A stretch of DNA of 64,000 nucleotides from Escherichia coli. Lineage in GTDB: Bacteria; Pseudomonadota; Gammaproteobacteria; Enterobacterales; Enterobacteriaceae. The notes under the pieces were generated by a model. That model was not told where the DNA came from and searched no databases. It worked only from the letters and a program-made list of their open reading frames with translations. The position numbers were made by a program, and so were the translations under genes. This document shows positions 31,880 through 44,499 of this stretch, piece after piece; the first letter of the stretch is position 1; each line of letters starts with the position of its first letter. The stretch lies in NCBI RefSeq assembly GCF_022846255.1, contig NZ_AP025682.1. The stretch is one strand, 5' to 3'.

Positions 31880-33115
31880 TTACAACGTTACCGGGTGTTC
31901 TTTCTCGCCTTTCTTAAACTTCACTTCCCCAAGATCAATACAACCTACCGGGCAGACATGACCACAAAGCAGACAACCCACGCATTTCTCGGTATTACAA
32001 TGCGGTGTGCGGGTTTTCTCGCTCCATTCCATCGCCTGGTGACCGCCGTCGTAACAGGAAATATAACAGCGTCCACAGCCAACACATTTATCAAGATTGA
32101 TATGGGGATAGACAATATAACTGCGGTCTAAATCTTCCGCCGGGACAATATTGTGATTCGCCAGACCCACCATCTCCTGCAACGAATCAAACCCTTGATC
32201 GGCGAGATAATGCGACAACCCGCTTGCCATATCTTCCACTATCCGATACCCGTACTGCATAATGCCGGTGGTCACCTGCAACGTTGCTGCGCCGAGCAAT
32301 AAAAACTCCGCCGCATCTTCCCAGGTTTCAATGCCGCCGATACCGCTGATCGGGAAATCGTGCAGTTCTGGATGGGTGCGCATTTGCTGAATAAAGCGTA
32401 GGGCGATCGGTTTTACCGCTTTACCGGAATATCCGGAAATACTCGATTTACCGTTAACGATCGGCATACCAATTTTCTGATTAAGATCGATATTGGTGAT
32501 GGATTTAACGGTGTTAATCGCCGCAATGCCATCTGCGCCGCCGCGCTTCGCCGCCAGCGCCACTTCGCACATATCACCAATATTCGGCGTCATCTTCGCC
32601 AGCATTGGCAGCGTGGAACCACGTTTTACTGCCCGACAATATTTTTCTACCAGCTCCGGGCTTTGCCCGACATCGCTACCCATCGCATGAGAAGTCATTT
32701 GCGGACAGGAGAAGTTACACTCGATCATATCCGCGCCAGCTTCTTGCACCAGACGCGCCAGCTCTTCCCATTGCTGCTCATTTTCGCCCATGATTGAAGC
32801 GATCAATACTTTGTCCGGATAATCTTCTTTCAGCCGACGCAGGGCGGCCAGATTCTCTTCCAACGGATGTTCAGCAATCTGCTCCATATTTTTGAAGCCG
32901 ATAAAACCGGTATCTTCTTTCACCAGATGATCAAAACGCGGCGAGACTTCGTTGGCGATAAAAAAACCGATCGTTTTAAACACCACGCCGCCCCAACCTG
33001 TGTCGTAGGCTTTGGCACACATCTCATAGCAGTTGCCTACCGGTGAAGAAGAAAGGCAGAACGGGTTAGGAAACTTCACGCCGCAAAAGGTAATCGAAAG
33101 ATCTTTCGTTAACAT
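31880..33115 (-). CDS. preA: NAD-dependent dihydropyrimidine dehydrogenase subunit PreA (DHOD-like TIM barrel with C-terminal 4Fe-4S ferredoxin)
   Basis: 411 aa from ATG 33115; C-terminal CxxCxxCxxxCP motifs; overlaps the preT stop. Confidence 0.9.
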   Translation of the reverse strand: MLTKDLSITFCGVKFPNPFCLSSSPVGNCYEMCAKAYDTGWGGVVFKTIGFFIANEVSPRFDHLVKEDTGFIGFKNMEQIAEHPLEENLAALRRLKEDYPDKVLIASIMGENEQQWEELARLVQEAGADMIECNFSCPQMTSHAMGSDVGQSPELVEKYCRAVKRGSTLPMLAKMTPNIGDMCEVALAAKRGGADGIAAINTVKSITNIDLNQKIGMPIVNGKSSISGYSGKAVKPIALRFIQQMRTHPELHDFPISGIGGIETWEDAAEFLLLGAATLQVTTGIMQYGYRIVEDMASGLSHYLADQGFDSLQEMVGLANHNIVPAEDLDRSYIVYPHINLDKCVGCGRCYISCYDGGHQAMEWSEKTRTPHCNTEKCVGCLLCGHVCPVGCIDLGEVKFKKGEKEHPVTL

Positions 33116-34347
33116 GAGCAAGCTCCCTCTAAATAGTGATGAATCGCCTCGGCGGCTTCTTTCCCGGTTTTCACTGCATAGACCACGGTTTTGTCACCCT
33201 CAACAATATCGCCAGCAGCAAAGACTTGCGGGTCGCGGGTCTGGTAATTTTGCGTTTCGATGGTGTTACGCTGCGGCTCTAACTCCGCAAAGGCATCCAG
33301 TCTGGCATGCTGACCGATGGCGAGAATAATTTTATCTGCCGCCATCGTCAGTTCGCCCGGTAACCGTACATGCTTAAACGTGACTTTATTGCCTTCCACG
33401 GCTACTGGTGTAAATCCATCGATGATCGAAACGCCCAGCTCTCTGGCGCTGGTAAACTCTTTTTCGCTTGCCGGAAACTCATCTAACTCTTCACGCGCTA
33501 CGCAGGTTACCGCCTGACAGCCGAGAACTTTCAGCGTGCTGGCTACGTCCATCGCGACATCACCGCCGCCGATAATTAATGCACTTTGTGGAATGCTGAT
33601 ATCGCCTTGCGCCTGTCGTGCACGTTGCAGGAAGTCTACGGCAATCTCAACGTCGCTATGCTCAAACAGCGATAACCCGGAACCGCTCGATAACCCTACG
33701 GTGACCAGTACCGCGCGGTTTTCCGCTTTCAGCTGCTCCAGGGTGAGTGTTTTACCGATTTCGTTATTGCACTTAATGGTCACGCCCATTTTTTCTATAC
33801 GGGCGATTTCTGCATCCAGCACCGATTGCGGTAACCGGAATTGCGGAATGCCGTTACGCAACCAGCCACCGGGTTGTGCTTCTTTCTCATAGATCGTGAC
33901 GTCATAACCCTGGTTTGTCAGCGTCACACTGGCCTGCAATCCGGCAGGACCTGCGCCAATAATGGCGACTTTGCCGAGCGTTTTAGTACCGGGCAGATAA
34001 ATTTCCATCCCAGTTTGTTGTTCAAAATCAGTAACAAAACGCTGTAAGCGACCGATATCAATGGGAGCATCAACACCGGCACGTGTACAACCGCTTTGGC
34101 ATAATTTCTCCGTCGGGCACACTCTGGCACAAACGGCACCGAGGGCATTATTTTCGCGAATTGTCTCGGCAGCGCCTTTAAAATTACGAAAGTAGATTGA
34201 GCGAATAAATTTCCCCGGATCGGTCTGTGCCGGGCAAGCCTGACTACAGGGAGCGTCATGACATAATAAACAGCGAGAGGCTTCTTTAATCGCCAGTAAA
34301 GGCGTAAAAGCCGGAGTGAGTTCATCCAGATAATTTTGTTGCGGCAT
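33109..34347 (-). CDS. preT: NAD-dependent dihydropyrimidine dehydrogenase subunit PreT (GltD-like)
   Basis: 412-aa ORF with N-terminal Fe-S cysteines and an FAD/NAD Rossmann motif GAGPAG. Confidence 0.9.
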   Translation of the reverse strand: MPQQNYLDELTPAFTPLLAIKEASRCLLCHDAPCSQACPAQTDPGKFIRSIYFRNFKGAAETIRENNALGAVCARVCPTEKLCQSGCTRAGVDAPIDIGRLQRFVTDFEQQTGMEIYLPGTKTLGKVAIIGAGPAGLQASVTLTNQGYDVTIYEKEAQPGGWLRNGIPQFRLPQSVLDAEIARIEKMGVTIKCNNEIGKTLTLEQLKAENRAVLVTVGLSSGSGLSLFEHSDVEIAVDFLQRARQAQGDISIPQSALIIGGGDVAMDVASTLKVLGCQAVTCVAREELDEFPASEKEFTSARELGVSIIDGFTPVAVEGNKVTFKHVRLPGELTMAADKIILAIGQHARLDAFAELEPQRNTIETQNYQTRDPQVFAAGDIVEGDKTVVYAVKTGKEAAEAIHHYLEGACSC

Positions 34348-34439
34348 GTGATCTTCCTTAATGCTATGAGTAATTAAGGCGAACGCTAAATAAATATTGC
34401 GTGCTGATATTAAGGCTATGCGCGTGGGGAAATTTAAAC

Positions 34440-34455
34440 TGTGAAAGGATTCACA
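34440..34455. promoter_or_regulatory. Consensus CRP site upstream of preT-preA
   Basis: TGTGAaaggatTCACA, perfect half-sites, centred about 100 nt upstream of the preT ATG. Confidence 0.55.
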
Positions 34456-34540
34456 AATAGCTGCGGTTCAGAATGTGATATCCGCAGCTTATTGAGTGAA
34501 GTAATAATTATTCTCAATAATTAACAGAAAAGGGAAAATA

Positions 34541-36536
<1,996 letters not shown>

Positions 36537-36595
36537 GGCGTTGCCTCATAATCATGTAATGGGATAACAGTTTACGAACCCGTTATGGCTTTATA

Positions 36596-36641
36596 TGTGA
36601 TCTGAATCTCATTAATTATGCAACGCGTGAAACTTACATCA
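36596..36641. promoter_or_regulatory. Tandem CRP-like sites in the cdd promoter (CRP/CytR-type architecture)
   Basis: TGTGAtctgaaTCTCA (36596-36611) and CGTGAaacttaCATCA (36626-36641), 60-105 nt upstream of cdd. Confidence 0.55.
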
Positions 36642-36665
36642 AAAATGCGCGACGCATCGCAAATT

Positions 36666-37792
<1,127 letters not shown>

Positions 37793-37994
37793 TTAATTCG
37801 TAAAACGTGCTACCGATCACATTAAGAAATCAGCGCTTATTTTTTCGCTCCCCGGTATTACGCAATGCGCAGCGAACTCAGGCATACATCAAGCATAGAG
37901 AGGGATTGCAGTTTGCAGCAATCCCTCTTTGCAGACCTTTAATCCGTTGACCGGAGGCGCTAACATAGCGCCTCATTTTTTTGCGGGTGATGAT

Positions 37995-38945
37995 ATGCGT
38001 GTGTTACTGGCTCCGATGGAGGGTGTACTTGACTCTCTGGTGCGGGAATTACTGACCGAAGTTAACGACTACGATCTGTGCATCACCGAGTTTGTCCGCG
38101 TGGTGGATCAACTGCTGCCAGTAAAAGTCTTTCATCGCATTTGCCCTGAGCTACAAAATGCCAGCCGGACACCATCCGGTACGCTGGTGCGCGTGCAGTT
38201 GTTAGGGCAGTTCCCACAGTGGCTGGCAGAGAATGCCGCCCGTGCGGTGGAGTTAGGTTCCTGGGGCGTGGATCTTAACTGCGGCTGCCCGTCGAAAACG
38301 GTTAACGGTAGCGGTGGTGGGGCAACGTTACTGAAAGATCCTGAACTCATCTACCAGGGTGCAAAAGCGATGCGCGAAGCTGTACCGGCGCATTTGCCTG
38401 TCAGCGTAAAAGTGCGTCTGGGCTGGGACAGCGGTGAGAAGAAATTTGAAATCGCCGATGCGGTGAAACAGGCTGGCGCTACGGAGCTGGTAGTACATGG
38501 GCGGACAAAAGAGCAGGGTTACCGCGCGGAACATATTGACTGGCAGGCGATTGGCGAGATTCGCCAGCGGCTTAATATTCCGGTGATTGCCAACGGTGAA
38601 ATCTGGGACAGGCAGAGTGCGCAACAATGCATGGCGATCAGCGGCTGCGACGCAGTGATGATTGGTCGCGGGGCGCTCAATATTCCCAACCTGAGCCGGG
38701 TAGTAAAATATAACGAACCGCGAATGCCGTGGCCGGAGGTGGTTGCTTTGCTGCAAAAATATACCCGTCTGGAAAAGCAGGGCGATACCGGGTTATATCA
38801 CGTTGCGCGGATTAAACAGTGGTTGAGTTATTTGCGTAAAGAATACGATGAAGCAACGGAATTATTTCAGCATGTTCGGGTGTTGAATAATTCCCCTGAT
38901 ATTGCAAGGGCTATTCAGGCAATTGATATCGATAAGCTGCGATAA
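37995..38945 (+). CDS. dusC: tRNA-dihydrouridine synthase C
   Basis: Track ORF 37929..38945 trimmed to [13 protein letters not shown]...; Dus TIM-barrel with catalytic Cys region (LNCGCP). Confidence 0.88.
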   Translation: MRVLLAPMEGVLDSLVRELLTEVNDYDLCITEFVRVVDQLLPVKVFHRICPELQNASRTPSGTLVRVQLLGQFPQWLAENAARAVELGSWGVDLNCGCPSKTVNGSGGGATLLKDPELIYQGAKAMREAVPAHLPVSVKVRLGWDSGEKKFEIADAVKQAGATELVVHGRTKEQGYRAEHIDWQAIGEIRQRLNIPVIANGEIWDRQSAQQCMAISGCDAVMIGRGALNIPNLSRVVKYNEPRMPWPEVVALLQKYTRLEKQGDTGLYHVARIKQWLSYLRKEYDEATELFQHVRVLNNSPDIARAIQAIDIDKLR

Positions 38946-39002
38946 TAGTGGAATCGCAGTTTATCAGAGACAATGAATCGCTTATTCAGCTTCATCATCT
39001 TG

Positions 39003-39240
39003 TTGCGCTCCTTTCATGAGCTAAGCCACATATTGCCACTGGCGCAAGGAGCGCGCAGGGGGAGGACAATCGCCTCCTCCCCCTGCACCCCCGGGCTCTG
39101 GCGAACAAAATCGCCGCTGCGCGGTACCTTCAGCTTATCCCCTTCGTCTACCGGGTCGGGCGCGAGGTAACGTCCTTGTAAGACGCGCCCTCAGCCCACA
39201 TCCATGTGGGCTGCCCCGGCCTTCGGGGAACGCTTCAGCG
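39003..39240. other. GC-rich intergenic element with four successive hairpins (unclassified repeat or structured RNA)
   Basis: GCGCTCCTT…AAGGAGCGC; GGGGGAGGacaatcgcCTCCTCCCC; GCCCACATccATGTGGGC; CCCCGgccttCGGGG. No convincing ORF. Confidence 0.4.
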
Positions 39241-39332
39241 ATTTTGACGCCACCAACACCGGAGCTGTTTGCAAATCAAGTACACAAAATATCTAGTTCC
39301 TGACCTGACAACTTATATGCCATATCTGATTT

Positions 39333-39416
39333 TTAAAATATCATCTTAAATACGCCAGTCACCACCAGTAGCCCAATCAGGAAAATAATCAATACAGCCC
39401 AGAGTATAATTTTCAT
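39333..39416 (-). CDS. yohP: 27-aa single-TM small membrane protein
   Basis: ATG…TAA ORF translating to MKIILWAVLIIFLIGLLVVTGVFKMIF; below the ORF-track size cutoff. Confidence 0.7.
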   Translation of the reverse strand: MKIILWAVLIIFLIGLLVVTGVFKMIF

Positions 39417-39639
39417 TGGCGTTCCTTTATTTGTGAGTGCTGAATAAGTATAGGAAAAAACGAAGCCCTTTGCCGTTATCCATAAACGATTAAGATAAAT
39501 CGGAAGATATCATTCACTTAGTGTATATTTTTCTGGATATGTCGTTTTATTGCTACTGATGTATTGCCACGCGAAACTAAAAAATATATCGCAACACACG
39601 GTAATCTCCGCGCACCTTTTCTTACCTGATTATTCCCCC

Positions 39640-41076
39640 ATGAATCGTGATTCCTTTTATCCCGCCATCGCCTGTTTTCCGCTGTTACTGATGCTGGCCG
39701 GGTGTGCGCCTATGCATGAAACCCGCCAGGCGTTAAGCCAGCAAACGCCCGCTGCACAAGTTGACACCGCATTACCCACGGCGCTGAAAAATGGTTGGCC
39801 AGACAGCCAATGGTGGCTGGAGTATCACGATAATCAACTCACTTCCTTAATTAACAATGCACTACAGAACGCACCGGATATGCAGGTGGCTGAACAGCGC
39901 ATTCAGCTAGCTGAAGCCCAGGCGAAGGCAATTGCTACTCAGGATGGTCCGCAGATCGACTTTTCTGCGGATATGGAGCGGCAAAAAATGTCGGCAGAAG
40001 GCTTAATGGGGCCGTTTGCTCTGAACGATCCGGCCGCAGGTACGACCGGTCCGTGGTACACCAACGGAACTTTTGGCTTAACGGCGGGCTGGCATCTCGA
40101 TATCTGGGGAAAGAATCGGGCGGAGGTTACTGCCCGCCTGGGTACGGTTAAAGCACGGGCGGCGGAACGCGAGCAAACCCGCCAATTGCTGGCTGGCAGC
40201 GTAGCCCGCCTGTACTGGGAGTGGCAAACCCAGGCGGCGTTAAACACGGTCTTGCAGCAAATAGAAAAAGAGCAGAACACCATTATCGCGACCGATCGCC
40301 AGCTATATCAGAACGGGATTACTTCTTCAGTTGAAGGTGTGGAAACCGATATTAATGCCAGCAAAACCCGGCAGCAGCTCAACGATGTCGCGGGGAAAAT
40401 GAAAATTATTGAGGCACGGTTAAGCGCACTTACAAATAACCAGACAAAGTCATTGAAGCTTAAACCGGTCGCGTTGCCGAAAGTGGCAAGCCAGCTTCCT
40501 GATGAACTGGGGTACTCCTTACTGGCCCGGCGGGCAGATTTGCAGGCGGCGCACTGGTACGTTGAGTCATCGCTAAGCACCATTGATGCGGCAAAAGCGG
40601 CATTTTATCCTGACATCAACCTGATGGCCTTCCTGCAACAGGATGCGTTGCACTTAAGCGATCTGTTCCGTCATTCCGCGCAGCAAATGGGCGTTACGGC
40701 AGGCCTGACGCTACCCATTTTCGATAGTGGTCGTCTTAACGCCAATCTCGATATCGCAAAAGCCGAAAGCAACTTGTCTATCGCCAGCTACAACAAAGCG
40801 GTGGTTGAAGCGGTGAATGACGTGGCGCGGGCAGCCAGTCAGGTTCAGACACTTGCGGAGAAAAACCAGCATCAGGCGCAAATTGAGCGCGATGCCTTGC
40901 GTGTGGTAGGTCTTGCGCAGGCGCGCTTTAACGCGGGCATCATTGCTGGTTCCCGCGTCAGCGAAGCCAGAATCCCGGCGCTGCGTGAGCGGGCCAATGG
41001 CCTGTTATTGCAAGGGCAGTGGCTGGATGCTTCCATTCAACTCACTGGTGCGTTGGGCGGGGGTTACAAACGCTGA
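39640..41076 (+). CDS. mdtQ: Outer-membrane efflux lipoprotein (OMF/TolC-like, NodT family); appears intact here
   Basis: 478 aa from ATG 39640; lipobox LLMLAGC; no internal stop or frameshift in this sequence. Confidence 0.8.
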   Translation: MNRDSFYPAIACFPLLLMLAGCAPMHETRQALSQQTPAAQVDTALPTALKNGWPDSQWWLEYHDNQLTSLINNALQNAPDMQVAEQRIQLAEAQAKAIATQDGPQIDFSADMERQKMSAEGLMGPFALNDPAAGTTGPWYTNGTFGLTAGWHLDIWGKNRAEVTARLGTVKARAAEREQTRQLLAGSVARLYWEWQTQAALNTVLQQIEKEQNTIIATDRQLYQNGITSSVEGVETDINASKTRQQLNDVAGKMKIIEARLSALTNNQTKSLKLKPVALPKVASQLPDELGYSLLARRADLQAAHWYVESSLSTIDAAKAAFYPDINLMAFLQQDALHLSDLFRHSAQQMGVTAGLTLPIFDSGRLNANLDIAKAESNLSIASYNKAVVEAVNDVARAASQVQTLAEKNQHQAQIERDALRVVGLAQARFNAGIIAGSRVSEARIPALRERANGLLLQGQWLDASIQLTGALGGGYKR

Positions 41077-41128
41077 TGATATGCGCCTTCTATACTTAAC
41101 GTTTATTCAGCGTTAAGTGGAGAACTCG

Positions 41129-41890
41129 ATGGCACAGGTTGCGATTATTACCGCCTCCGATTCGGGGATCGGCAAAGAGTGCGCGTTATTACTGGCGCAG
41201 CAGGGGTTTGATATTGGCATTACCTGGCACTCAGATGAAGAAGGGGCAAAAGATACCGCGCGTGAGGTAGTTAGCCACGGCGTACGTGCGGAGATCGTGC
41301 AGCTGGATCTCGGTAAACTGCCAGAAGGTGCGCAGGCGCTGGAGAAACTCATTCAACGGCTGGGGCGTATTGATGTGCTGGTGAATAATGCGGGCGCAAT
41401 GACCAAAGCGCCGTTTCTTGATATGGCTTTCGATGAGTGGCGCAAGATTTTTACCGTTGATGTCGATGGTGCATTTTTATGCTCACAAATTGCGGCCCGC
41501 CAGATGGTGAAACAAGGGCAGGGCGGTCGCATCATCAACATTACGTCGGTACATGAACATACGCCGCTGCCGGATGCCAGCGCTTACACAGCCGCTAAAC
41601 ATGCGCTCGGCGGGTTAACCAAAACGATGGCGCTGGAGCTGGTCAGGCATAAGATTTTGGTGAACGCAGTCGCGCCTGGGGCGATCGCCACGCCAATGAA
41701 TGGCATGGATGACAGCGACGTGAAGCCCGACGCGGAGCCTTCGATTCCTCTGCGGCGTTTTGGCGCAACGCATGAGATTGCCAGCCTGGTAGCGTGGCTG
41801 TGCTCAGAGGGCGCAAATTACACCACCGGGCAGTCGTTGATAGTGGATGGCGGCTTTATGTTGGCGAATCCGCAGTTCAACCCAGAATAG
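41129..41890 (+). CDS. yohF: Short-chain dehydrogenase/reductase
   Basis: 253 aa, MAQVAIITASDSGIGKE…; SDR cofactor motif and YxxxK. Confidence 0.9.
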   Translation: MAQVAIITASDSGIGKECALLLAQQGFDIGITWHSDEEGAKDTAREVVSHGVRAEIVQLDLGKLPEGAQALEKLIQRLGRIDVLVNNAGAMTKAPFLDMAFDEWRKIFTVDVDGAFLCSQIAARQMVKQGQGGRIINITSVHEHTPLPDASAYTAAKHALGGLTKTMALELVRHKILVNAVAPGAIATPMNGMDDSDVKPDAEPSIPLRRFGATHEIASLVAWLCSEGANYTTGQSLIVDGGFMLANPQFNPE

Positions 41891-41930
41891 CGCAGTGAGG
41901 TGCGTGGTTATTTCAATGGGTAAAATTTTG

Positions 41931-42006
41931 GTAGGCATGATAAGACGCACAAGCGTCGCATCAGGCATGGTGCACCGGATGTCGGATGCGGCGCGAACGC
42001 CTTACC
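41931..42006. repeat. BIME: two REP units between yohF and yohD
   Basis: GTAGGCATGATAAGACGCACAAGCGTCGCATCAGGCA and CACCGGATGTCGGATGCGGCGCGAACGCCTTACC. Confidence 0.8.
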
Positions 42007-42019
42007 CAGGGCAATGGTT

Positions 42020-42598
42020 TTACGCCTGATGATCCGGCTTTTTCTTCCCGCGCCGTTTCAGCCACCAGCGCACGCCCACCACCAGAACCACGACCAGAAT
42101 CAACCAGACCCAGTGCTTCAAATGCTGGTCGAGATTGTGCAACCACGGCGCAATCACCTGACCACCAGCGTAACCAATAGTGGTAAAAATCAACGCCCAG
42201 GCAAATGCGCCGAGAATATTCAGCGGCAGAAAGATTTTCGGCGGCAGCTGGCTGGCACCAATCAGCGTCGGGCCAATCACCCGAAAGCCATACATAAAGC
42301 GCGTACCAATGACAAACAGATACGGATGGCGTTGGATAAGTTTCTGCGCCCGCTCAATTTTATCCTGATGTTTCGAGAAACGGCGTAACAGCTTGCCGCC
42401 AAAGCGCCGCCCGCACAGATAAAGCACCTGGTCGCCAATCATGCCGCCAAGCGCCACAGAAAGTACCACCAGCGGGAACTTTAATAGCCCCTGATGTGCC
42501 GCAACGCCTCCCAGCAAAGTCACGGTTTCACCTTCCGCCAGGCTACCGATCACCAGCGCGGCATAACCATATTGTGAGATGAGTGTATTGAGATCCAT
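42020..42598 (-). CDS. yohD: DedA-family inner membrane protein
   Basis: 192 aa from MDLNTLISQYGYAALVIGSLAEGE…. Confidence 0.88.
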   Translation of the reverse strand: MDLNTLISQYGYAALVIGSLAEGETVTLLGGVAAHQGLLKFPLVVLSVALGGMIGDQVLYLCGRRFGGKLLRRFSKHQDKIERAQKLIQRHPYLFVIGTRFMYGFRVIGPTLIGASQLPPKIFLPLNILGAFAWALIFTTIGYAGGQVIAPWLHNLDQHLKHWVWLILVVVLVVGVRWWLKRRGKKKPDHQA

Positions 42599-42767
42599 AG
42601 GACAGTCTGTCTCCCTTTGCTTGCCTGTAAGCATACACCCTGTGAATCATTCACGCTGAAAAAGGACGTACATCAGACGGTGCAAATTACATGAGTGAAC
42701 AAAAAATAATCACAAGCTGACTTATACTTGAACTGTCAGGTTCATGAACTCACAACAAGGGGGCGGT

Positions 42768-43355
42768 ATGAGCCATGTCTGGGGTCTGTTTTCCCATCCC
42801 GATCGTGAAATGCAGGTGATTAATCGTGAAAACGAAACGATTTCTCACCATTACACCCACCACGTTTTGCTGATGGCGGCGATTCCGGTGATTTGCGCCT
42901 TCATTGGCACTACACAGATTGGCTGGAATTTTGGCGATGGCACTATCCTGAAGTTATCCTGGTTTACCGGACTGGCGCTGGCTGTCTTGTTTTACGGCGT
43001 TATGCTCGCTGGGGTCGCGGTGATGGGGCGGGTCATCTGGTGGATGGCGCGCAATTACCCGCAGCGTCCGTCACTTGCGCACTGCATGGTCTTCGCGGGC
43101 TACGTTGCAACTCCGCTGTTTTTAAGCGGTCTGGTGGCGCTTTACCCGCTGGTCTGGTTGTGTGCGCTGGTCGGCACGGTGGCGCTGTTTTACACCGGCT
43201 ACCTGCTGTATCTCGGTATTCCGAGCTTCCTGAATATCAACAAAGAGGAAGGCCTTAGCTTCTCCAGTTCGACACTGGCGATAGGCGTGCTGGTGCTGGA
43301 AGTGCTGCTCGCCCTTACCGTTATACTATGGGGCTACGGTTATCGTTTGTTCTAG
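42768..43355 (+). CDS. yohC: Yip1-family inner membrane protein
   Basis: 195 aa from MSHVWGLFSHPDREMQ…, five predicted TM helices. Confidence 0.85.
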   Translation: MSHVWGLFSHPDREMQVINRENETISHHYTHHVLLMAAIPVICAFIGTTQIGWNFGDGTILKLSWFTGLALAVLFYGVMLAGVAVMGRVIWWMARNYPQRPSLAHCMVFAGYVATPLFLSGLVALYPLVWLCALVGTVALFYTGYLLYLGIPSFLNINKEEGLSFSSSTLAIGVLVLEVLLALTVILWGYGYRLF

Positions 43356-43528
43356 AAAGTTCTTTTGCGCTGCATTGCTGGCGTAAATGTCAGCAATGCA
43401 GCATTTCCTCACGATTCTTCTTTGACGATCGCACTTTTTGCTCGTTATGATGGCGTCGCTAGCCTCAGTAAATCCTTACTCCGGCGGTGCGCAACCCGTG
43501 CGCGTGAACCACTATCTGAATGCTCATC

Positions 43529-44461
43529 ATGCCGAAATTTCGAGTTTCTTTATTTAGCCTGGCCCTGATGCTGGCTGTGCCTTTTGCACCGCAGGCCGTT
43601 GCGAAAACGGCAGCCGCTACCACCGCGTCACAACCGGAAATTGCCTCCGGTAGCGCGATGATTGTTGATCTGAATACCAACAAAGTGATCTATTCGAACC
43701 ACCCGGATCTGGTGCGTCCGATTGCGTCTATCAGCAAATTAATGACCGCGATGGTTGTGCTGGATGCACGACTGCCGCTGGATGAAAAACTAAAAGTGGA
43801 TATCAGCCAGACGCCGGAGATGAAAGGGGTCTATTCGCGCGTACGACTGAACAGCGAAATCAGCCGTAAAGATATGCTGTTGCTGGCGCTGATGTCTTCA
43901 GAAAACCGCGCGGCGGCAAGCCTTGCGCACCATTATCCCGGTGGTTACAAAGCCTTTATTAAGGCGATGAATGCGAAAGCGAAATCGCTCGGAATGAACA
44001 ACACGCGCTTTGTTGAACCAACCGGATTGTCGGTGCATAACGTTTCAACCGCCCGTGACTTAACCAAACTACTTATTGCCAGCAAACAATATCCGTTGAT
44101 CGGGCAGTTAAGTACTACCCGGGAAGATATGGCAACCTTCTCTAACCCGACGTATACGCTGCCGTTTCGCAATACTAACCATCTGGTGTATCGTGATAAC
44201 TGGAATATTCAGTTAACCAAAACCGGTTTTACCAATGCGGCGGGCCATTGTCTGGTGATGCGCACGGTTATCAATAATAAACCGGTGGCGCTGGTAGTGA
44301 TGGACGCGTTTGGCAAATATACCCATTTTGCCGATGCCAGCCGCCTGCGTACCTGGATTGAAACCGGTAAAGTGATGCCTGTTCCGGCAGCAGCGTTGAG
44401 CTATAAAAAACAAAAAGCCGCCCAAATGGCGGCGGCGGGGCAGACGGCGCAGAACGATTAA
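43529..44461 (+). CDS. pbpG: D-alanyl-D-alanine endopeptidase (PBP7)
   Basis: 310 aa with signal peptide and SxxK active site (ASISKLMTA). Confidence 0.92.
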
Positions 44462-44468
44462 ATGAATG

Positions 44469-44494
44469 ACGGATGGCGATACTCTGCCATCCGT
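44469..44494. terminator. Hairpin terminator between convergent pbpG and dld
   Basis: ACGGATGGC-gatactct-GCCATCCGT. Confidence 0.6.
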
Positions 44495-44499
44495 AATTA

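Noticed and set aside
31640-31880. Possible CRISPR array suggested by regularly repeated ~35-bp palindromes
   Set aside because: Repeats are imperfect, in alternating orientation and match the REP/BIME consensus; no spacer-repeat periodicity, leader or cas genes.
38973-39170. 65-aa plus-strand ORF within the GC-rich hairpin element
   Set aside because: Arg/Pro/Ser-rich low-complexity translation driven by palindromic GC sequence; no RBS; better explained as a structured non-coding element.
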